DNA of 64,000 bases, taken from positions 3,448 through 67,447 of the forward strand of contig JAAXTX010000003.1 in the NCBI GenBank assembly GCA_013336285.1, read 5' to 3'. The translations under genes were made by a program, and so were the position numbers. Positions 58,179 to 64,000 of the stretch are shown in pieces. The DNA comes from Candidatus Moraniibacteriota bacterium. Its GTDB lineage: Bacteria; Patescibacteriota; Minisyncoccia; Moranbacterales; UBA1568. The notes beneath the pieces were generated by a model, which was not told the DNA's origin, made no database searches, and saw nothing but the letters and a program-made list of their open reading frames with translations. Position 1 is the first letter of the stretch, and every line of letters starts with the position of its first letter.

Positions 58179-59108
58179 TCAATCTTCGTTCATTTCCAAT
58201 GAGTCATACTGGCTCGAGAGTTTCCTGAGATCCTCCAGATCCCCTCCGATGCATACGGTATGCAGGGTACAGTTGAGCTCCTTCAGACGACCGGACACCA
58301 TCTTACCGTTTACCCCCGCAGTACCGTCGGTGACAAGGAGAATCTTCGATTCCCCGAATCCCTTCTCTTCGGCAATCCGGAAGGCTTCCGCTAGGGCATG
58401 GTTGATATCCGTACCGCCGAGCGGATGTAACGCCCTAGCGAGTCTCCCTCGCAATTTGTCCGCGGATTGCTGGTCCGTGACCTCGCTCACTTCCCTGATG
58501 GTATCGGTATAGACGATCAGGATCATCTCGGCGCCGATCTTGACGCACCTGCCGATCAGTTGATCGACCAACGATATCGCCCATTCGACTCGCCCGAATT
58601 CCTCCATACTTCCCGATGCGTCGACAACCGCGATAAGCGCGTTGGCGGCTTTGCCCACATACTGGCGATATTCCTTGACCAGATGGCTGTTCACCGCAAG
58701 ACCGGCATAAAACTGTTCATCCGGAAGCAGCTGTGCTGTCGGTGACATGCGTCTCCATTCCTGGATTCCACGCATCGGTCGCATGGAAATATCGCGGACC
58801 GGATACATCGACTCTCGCGGTTCCGATCCGGGTATCGGCACATCCGACACCCTCTCCGTTTCGACGAACCGGATCGAATCGACTAGCCTCCTGATAAGCT
58901 CGTTCTTCCTCAGCCGCAAGTCACCGGAACGCTTATTACGATATTCTCCCTCTTCCCCTCCGGATAGGTCCCCTCCAGGCCCGTTTTCACCGGTACCATT
59001 CGGCGGGTATTCGGATGAAGGCCCGTCCCGCTTCGCTTTTCTTTTCGCGAGGAGCCACCCGATCGCCGCGGCAGCCGCAGCGGCCGCAAGATACACTAAC
59101 CATTCCAT
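58179..59108 (-). CDS. vWA-domain protein (ViaA-like) with N-terminal TM
   Basis: MIDAS DASGSM, GGTD, LVTDG; directly downstream of the MoxR ATPase. Confidence 0.88.
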   Translation of the reverse strand: MEWLVYLAAAAAAAAIGWLLAKRKAKRDGPSSEYPPNGTGENGPGGDLSGGEEGEYRNKRSGDLRLRKNELIRRLVDSIRFVETERVSDVPIPGSEPRESMYPVRDISMRPMRGIQEWRRMSPTAQLLPDEQFYAGLAVNSHLVKEYRQYVGKAANALIAVVDASGSMEEFGRVEWAISLVDQLIGRCVKIGAEMILIVYTDTIREVSEVTDQQSADKLRGRLARALHPLGGTDINHALAEAFRIAEEKGFGESKILLVTDGTAGVNGKMVSGRLKELNCTLHTVCIGGDLEDLRKLSSQYDSLEMNED

Positions 59109-59111
59109 CCG

Positions 59112-60389
59112 TTATCCTCCCTTTTTGAGTCCGGCAAGTTTAAGCGCCTTTTCTTCCGCTTTCGTACGCATCTCCGCGAGTCTCGCCTTGAGATTTCGCT
59201 CCATCCCTTTCGCCGTGTCACTCTCAGGCTTCAGTTTCGACAATTCGGATTCGATCTCACCAAGAGCCTGGGAAAGCTCCCGAAGACCGTTCACGTCAGA
59301 GATAAGATCAACACTGAAGCTCTCAATCCTGGATATCAGTCCGCGGAGCGCCATACAGTGTGCGTCATTCATTTCGGCCTCGCGTTCCTTTTCCAGCTTC
59401 TTGAGTTCCTCATCGATTATGGACTTCAACAGCGCCTGTTCCTCAACCGACGAGCACAGCGCGAGTTCCATCGAATACAGGTCCTCGGGCAGCACGTATT
59501 CCCTTGCCGCGAGAATTGCGGTCACCTCCGCGGTCTGCGTCGCAAGACACAGTCTGCGATCGGATATCTTCGGGAAAATGACCGTCGCTTTTCCGGACTG
59601 GATCAGCTGCTCACGCTTCACGCGATACTGATGAAAGATTCTGCCCATGGCCCTGAACAGGGCTTCATCCCTGATCATGGATGGGAACTCGAGCGTCAAC
59701 CGGGAGAGGTCCTGAATATCCTGCAGTCTCAGTTCGCCGGAAAACGCATGCATGCTGCCGTTTTGGAACCCCTTGATCATGGTGGTGATATCGGATTCGC
59801 TGTCCAGATAATCCACATAGGTCATATAGAGGAAGCGGTCAAGTACGGCAAATGCCTGCTCGTTGCGTTTCAGATACTGGCCTGGTTCCACGTTCGTGTC
59901 ACAGTAAGCCGTTACGAGCGGCAGATCGACGACCTGACTTCCGCGCTCAAGGACTCGCTCATTCAGTTCCGACAGCATAGAGCGGAGCAACGGAAGGTTC
60001 GCGTCGAGGAATTCACCAAGACGCGCGATATCGGCCTCGGGAAGCATTCCCGCGATATTGTGTTCCAGCCTTCCCTCTTCCCGCATCACCTTCGGATTAT
60101 AGGGACCGTTCAAAGCCGTATCGTCCATGAACATGTTCAGCTCGATCTTGAAGATCTTGCTGCCGTTCACGCGGGACGTCAGTTTGTTGAACAGCGCCGT
60201 TTTCGAAGTGCCGGGAGGGCCGAAAACCAGGACGTGCTGTTTCTGGATGAGTCCGTACTTCAGAAACTTTATCAACTGTTCCCGATGCACGAAGCACTTT
60301 TCCAGCTCAGTGAAGAAGGCATTATACCTTTCCACGGTCTCCTGAAATGCCGTTCCGGACAAACGGGGCGTATTCGATTTTTTTGTCAT
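59112..60389 (-). CDS. MoxR/RavA-family AAA+ ATPase
   Basis: HVLVFGPPGTSKT, GMLPEADI, LNER, AVLDRF, ISDRR. Confidence 0.88.
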   Translation of the reverse strand: MTKKSNTPRLSGTAFQETVERYNAFFTELEKCFVHREQLIKFLKYGLIQKQHVLVFGPPGTSKTALFNKLTSRVNGSKIFKIELNMFMDDTALNGPYNPKVMREEGRLEHNIAGMLPEADIARLGEFLDANLPLLRSMLSELNERVLERGSQVVDLPLVTAYCDTNVEPGQYLKRNEQAFAVLDRFLYMTYVDYLDSESDITTMIKGFQNGSMHAFSGELRLQDIQDLSRLTLEFPSMIRDEALFRAMGRIFHQYRVKREQLIQSGKATVIFPKISDRRLCLATQTAEVTAILAAREYVLPEDLYSMELALCSSVEEQALLKSIIDEELKKLEKEREAEMNDAHCMALRGLISRIESFSVDLISDVNGLRELSQALGEIESELSKLKPESDTAKGMERNLKARLAEMRTKAEEKALKLAGLKKGG

Positions 60390-60456
60390 TGTCCCACTCC
60401 TTTTTTGGAATTATTAAGGCGCAAATATATTCGGATATGAAATCCAAATAAAGCAT

Positions 60457-60485
60457 ACGATAGTATATAATTTTAATTTTGTCAA
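60457..60485 (-). promoter_or_regulatory. Probable sigma70 promoter for the AAA-vWA pair
   Basis: Perfect TTGACA (60485-60480) in an AT-rich spacer, with a TATCGT -10 candidate at 17 bp. Confidence 0.5.
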
Positions 60486-60510
60486 GTATTTTATACATAA
60501 TGGAGTTGAG

Positions 60511-60546
60511 AAAAAAAAGACGGACCAGAGCTTTGCTCTGATCCGC
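60511..60546 (-). terminator. Intrinsic terminator of the Ter-like operon
   Basis: CGGATCAGAGC-AAA-GCTCTGGTCCG followed by TCTTTTTTTT on the minus strand. Confidence 0.85.
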
Positions 60547-60574
60547 TTCGTCGATTTGACGACTTTGTCGTCGT

Positions 60575-61348
60575 TTACTTCTTCAACCAGTCGATCAGCT
60601 CCTGCTGAATGAGAATCTGGTTGATTTCCTCATCGGACATCTTCAGGAATGCCGGAATGTTACGGCAGATGTGAAGGCCGGTGTTGGAGAACTCGTCGGC
60701 GATTTCCTGAAGGAAGCGGAACTGGCCGCCCTGATTGGAAAAGGCGAAGAACTGTACGTACATCTCATCTCCACGCTGTTCCATCTCCTGAAGCAGCTGC
60801 CTGGTCTCGGCCTTATCGCTATTGTCACCGTCCGTACCGAACAGTACGAGCGATTTCCGCTTGACCGAGGTATTTACGGATGCCGCTGCCGGCTGAGCAT
60901 GACCGCCGAACATTTTTCCGAAGAAACCGCCGGATTTAGGCTGAACTGCGGCGACATCAGGTGCGAGCCATCCGAAATGCTGAAGGTTCTTTCTCAGGAC
61001 ATAATGATAGTCCGTGCCTCCGTTGTACCCAGGCACCTTATCGATGATATTGTCCCAGACATAGTTCAGATAATTTTTCTCATTGATCTCCCCGACATAA
61101 TACGCGTTCCGGGCACCGTTACTAAAGGTGAACATGTCGATCTTCTTGTCAGGGTCGAACACGAGCCCCCACGGGATCAATCTGGATACGATATCATTGG
61201 TCAGGCCAGCCTTATGTTCATCATCGAACGAACCGGACACGTCCAGATCGAACGCGACGTCCACGGAAGGGATATTCGTGATACCGGCTTTCTGCAGATC
61301 GAGTACCAGCGTCTGCTCCGCTTTCTTCAAATCGAGTGCGAGTGCCAT
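60575..61348 (-). CDS. vWA protein of Ter stress clusters (TerF-associated vWA-like)
   Basis: LDVSGS, FDPD, GGTDY, FGTDGDN, F.FLQEIAD..NTG. Confidence 0.82.
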   Translation of the reverse strand: MALALDLKKAEQTLVLDLQKAGITNIPSVDVAFDLDVSGSFDDEHKAGLTNDIVSRLIPWGLVFDPDKKIDMFTFSNGARNAYYVGEINEKNYLNYVWDNIIDKVPGYNGGTDYHYVLRKNLQHFGWLAPDVAAVQPKSGGFFGKMFGGHAQPAAASVNTSVKRKSLVLFGTDGDNSDKAETRQLLQEMEQRGDEMYVQFFAFSNQGGQFRFLQEIADEFSNTGLHICRNIPAFLKMSDEEINQILIQQELIDWLKK

Positions 61349-61373
61349 GCGGCTTCTCCTTTGTTTAGTTTCG

Positions 61374-62567
61374 TTATTTCGACTTCAATTGATTTACCAC
61401 ATCTTCCAATCCTCGCTGGACGGTATAAACATCCGTCTTCGTGAGGTCTTTCGCCTGTACGATTCCAACCTGTTCGATCCAGGCCGGAAGTTTCAGCAGT
61501 ACGCCGTCTTGAATCCTGGAAATCAGTTCCCCGATCTCCCGGACCATCGATTGACGTCCGATGTCCCCCTGCTTGATCTGCACGACGGTCTGAGTCAGAC
61601 TCAGGCTCCGCTCGAGCAGACGCTGTGACAATGACTCTTGTTCCGGAGTCTTGTTCGTCAGCAGGTTCGACAGGTAATGCGCCGCAAGACTTTGCGCTTC
61701 CAGCGTGACCGACAGACTCACATACTCCCGTGCCCCGTCGTCGATCTTCGACTGGATATCTATGATATCCGGCAAAACCGCGCGAAGGAACGTGCTGAGC
61801 TGGTCTATCTCGGCCTCCCTTTCCCGAAAAGCCTCCAACGGGCTTTCCCACTTTTTCCAGAACGCGAGTCCGGAATTGTCCTGGTTCTTGAACGAATCGG
61901 CCACTTCCAGAAGCAGGGCATACAGGCGCCCAAGATGTCTTTGGCTGTCCCGTATCCTCTCGCTCCCGGTCAAAGCTAGCGATTCCTTCACCAGTTTACC
62001 GTACCGTTCCTGATCCTTGGTCCCCCAACTGACGCTGATTTTCATCGTAAGCGTCTCAAGTACCGTCTTGATCAGGATGTCCCTGACCGCCGTCAGCGTC
62101 TCGACAGAATTCGCGGGGAACCGCTTTGTCAGTTCATTCATCTCGACTTCCAACCCCTTTCTAACGACGCCGCCGGGAATGGTCGTCGATTTGGTGACCG
62201 TCATCGGCTTCCTTTCATTCTCCGGAATCACTTTGGGAGGAGGAGCCGACGGTATGACTGTCGGCTTCCTCGGCGGTTGTTCTTTCTTCACCTCAGGCAC
62301 TGAGCCTTTTTCCGGAACAGGTCCGGAAGGAATGATTGTCGGCCGGACGGGCCCCTTTAGCGGAGCGTTACCGGATCCGATGACCGTCGGCTTCAGTCGA
62401 TCATGTGGAGGATCCTGTGACTCAGTTGACCGACCGATATTCTGGGCGACGATAATCGTCGGCTTGAATACGGTAGGTTTCACCTGATTACATTCCCCTC
62501 CGATAATCGTCGGCTTTAACTCTCCGGATCCAGTGCCGGAGACGGCAATTGGTTCTGTCCCCAGCAT
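61374..62567 (-). CDS. Pro-rich repeat N-terminus plus helical TelA-like domain
   Basis: Repeated (K/R)PT(I/V)I motifs, then a coiled-coil/helical region; Ter context. Confidence 0.65.
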   Translation of the reverse strand: MLGTEPIAVSGTGSGELKPTIIGGECNQVKPTVFKPTIIVAQNIGRSTESQDPPHDRLKPTVIGSGNAPLKGPVRPTIIPSGPVPEKGSVPEVKKEQPPRKPTVIPSAPPPKVIPENERKPMTVTKSTTIPGGVVRKGLEVEMNELTKRFPANSVETLTAVRDILIKTVLETLTMKISVSWGTKDQERYGKLVKESLALTGSERIRDSQRHLGRLYALLLEVADSFKNQDNSGLAFWKKWESPLEAFREREAEIDQLSTFLRAVLPDIIDIQSKIDDGAREYVSLSVTLEAQSLAAHYLSNLLTNKTPEQESLSQRLLERSLSLTQTVVQIKQGDIGRQSMVREIGELISRIQDGVLLKLPAWIEQVGIVQAKDLTKTDVYTVQRGLEDVVNQLKSK

Positions 62568-62588
62568 GCTGGCTCCTGTTTGAGTTTT

Positions 62589-63209
62589 TTACTGAAAGTA
62601 TCCGAGAATGGCATTGAAATCGCCGTTGAAGCCGGACCCAGCCGCTTCATACGACCATCCGTTCGCACCGAGAATGAGGCTGCCCATCTGGACGGCATCG
62701 AACTCGCCGAACTGATTGGAGAGTATGTACTCCCCAAGAATCTTCCCGCTTTCGTCCTTGATCCTGATACCAGCGTCCGTCACCTGCGAAAACTTCGCGG
62801 TATGTGTCGGATGTATCGTGACAAATATCGGGATTTCGTTCACGCCCGGCGGGATCAGACTGCCGTCGATCGTAATGATCTCGTCGACCGTTGCACCGAT
62901 GCCCGTTCTGGCATCGCCGCTGTGGCGCAACGACCCGCATGGCGTCATGAACGGCCGTTTGTCGCCAGACTTTCTTGACGAGGCTGAACCGTCAGCCAGC
63001 GGAAGGCCTGGATTATAGGTCGAGAGGACCTGGGCCATGTCGGTGATCTTCGCACCAAAACCGTTATTGGTGGCAAGAAGCGCATGACCATCAAGATCGT
63101 GCTCTGATTCCCAGAACAGCTCGACGGAGAACTTTGCGCCTTTGTCAAGGTTCAAGCTCAGCTTAGGGGCGACGTCGCCTTCTTTCTTGAGAGGAAGTGT
63201 TAAAGCCAT
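62589..63209 (-). CDS. TerD-family stress protein
   Basis: L.W...DLD.HA, LRHSGDARTG, DE.I.ID, F.VTIH, W.YEAAG.GF.G. Confidence 0.88.
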   Translation of the reverse strand: MALTLPLKKEGDVAPKLSLNLDKGAKFSVELFWESEHDLDGHALLATNNGFGAKITDMAQVLSTYNPGLPLADGSASSRKSGDKRPFMTPCGSLRHSGDARTGIGATVDEIITIDGSLIPPGVNEIPIFVTIHPTHTAKFSQVTDAGIRIKDESGKILGEYILSNQFGEFDAVQMGSLILGANGWSYEAAGSGFNGDFNAILGYFQ

Positions 63210-63324
63210 GGTAAAATCTCCTGTTTTTGTTGGATAGTATGACGACGCACGACATGCACGTCGCCAATTTCGTTTTGTTTTAAGAAGTTGGTATATCCCA
63301 CAATCGCCGATCCGCCGAAGCGTA

Positions 63325-64000
63325 TCAGCTTTTCAGGGCAAGCATCTCACGCTGGGCCTGTTCGAACATCTGACGCGTCTGATCGAACTTTGCCTTGTTC
63401 GACTCGATCGCCTGCTTGTTGATCGCCTCGAGTTCCTTCGTCTCCTTGACGATGTCCAGGATCTCCTGTGCCTGTGCCAGACGATTATCCCCCGGTGCGT
63501 TCGCGGCCTTGGTAATAACTTCCCTCCCCATACTGCCACTGATAGCGGCGATGTTCTTGTCGAGAGCATCGCTTTTTTCCGCGATCATCTGATTTTCCCT
63601 GATGGTGATCGCGCTGTGAAGCTTGAGGAGATTTTTCTTGATATTTACGAATTTGCCGACGATCGAATTGGCGGTCTCTTCGAACTGCTGAATACCGGCA
63701 TTCTGAATCTGGCTCAATACTATGTTGTCGGCCGGCAGCTTCGTCATCGTACCCTCCAGACTCAGTGCCCGGCTGGTCAGACTCTGTAGTTTCGCCTCAA
63801 GTTCGTCGATTTCCATTTTCTGCGTGATGTTGTTCGGATCGGCCGAACTCCTGAACGCAGCAACCTGGGCGGTTCCCTTTTCGAGCAGCAGCTTCGCAAA
63901 GATGACCTCATCGACGAAGACGGGGAAAGAGTCCCTGTACGCCTTGATCCGCAACTCCATGTCCTGCACCTCATTGAGCAAGACGCCCTGTGAGACTTGC
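63325..64000 (-). CDS. TelA/KlaA toxic-anion-resistance-like coiled-coil protein (5' end outside window)
   Basis: Long helical ORF (LEAKLQSL.SRALSLE...LSQIQN) upstream of terD. Confidence 0.65.
   Translation of the reverse strand, partial: QVSQGVLLNEVQDMELRIKAYRDSFPVFVDEVIFAKLLLEKGTAQVAAFRSSADPNNITQKMEIDELEAKLQSLTSRALSLEGTMTKLPADNIVLSQIQNAGIQQFEETANSIVGKFVNIKKNLLKLHSAITIRENQMIAEKSDALDKNIAAISGSMGREVITKAANAPGDNRLAQAQEILDIVKETKELEAINKQAIESNKAKFDQTRQMFEQAQREMLALKS

Noticed and set aside
57572-58512. ORFs running through the 47-bp repeat
   Set aside because: The repeat length is not a multiple of 3, the peptides just cycle through frames, and one overlaps the vWA gene in antisense.

Overview
Gene-dense bacterial DNA read with the standard genetic code. 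It most likely comes from a Patescibacteria/CPR (Parcubacteria, Moranbacteria-like) genome. That placement is inferred from the CPR-type pilin, the membrane-anchored Clp ATPase, the stand-alone PEP-utiliser protein and the archaeal-type pyrH and aspS. From 1 to 34 kb and 46 to 53 kb the window is a large surface-glycan region (several GT-C enzymes, GT2/GT4s, flippases, ugd, an epimerase, an O-antigen-ligase-like gene, a WcaJ-like gene). It also holds a pilin fused to a lytic-transglycosylase-like domain. Housekeeping loci are pyrH, proS, aspS, queH, rnpB, pheS and pheT. Four things stand out. (1) A co-directional speD - EamA exporter - unknown protein - 7TM histidine kinase - dual-REC run (40.7-45.6 kb) that looks like a make/export/sense signalling module. 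(2) A promoter-driven, rod-like putative ncRNA of about 120 nt whose 3' end is tandemly repeated as 47-bp units (57.6-57.9 kb). (3) A repeat-flanked four-helix-bundle pseudogene inserted between pheS and pheT. (4) A Ter/TelA/vWA plus RavA-ViaA-like stress cluster at the right edge. All calls come from reading motifs by eye; no searches or computations were run.
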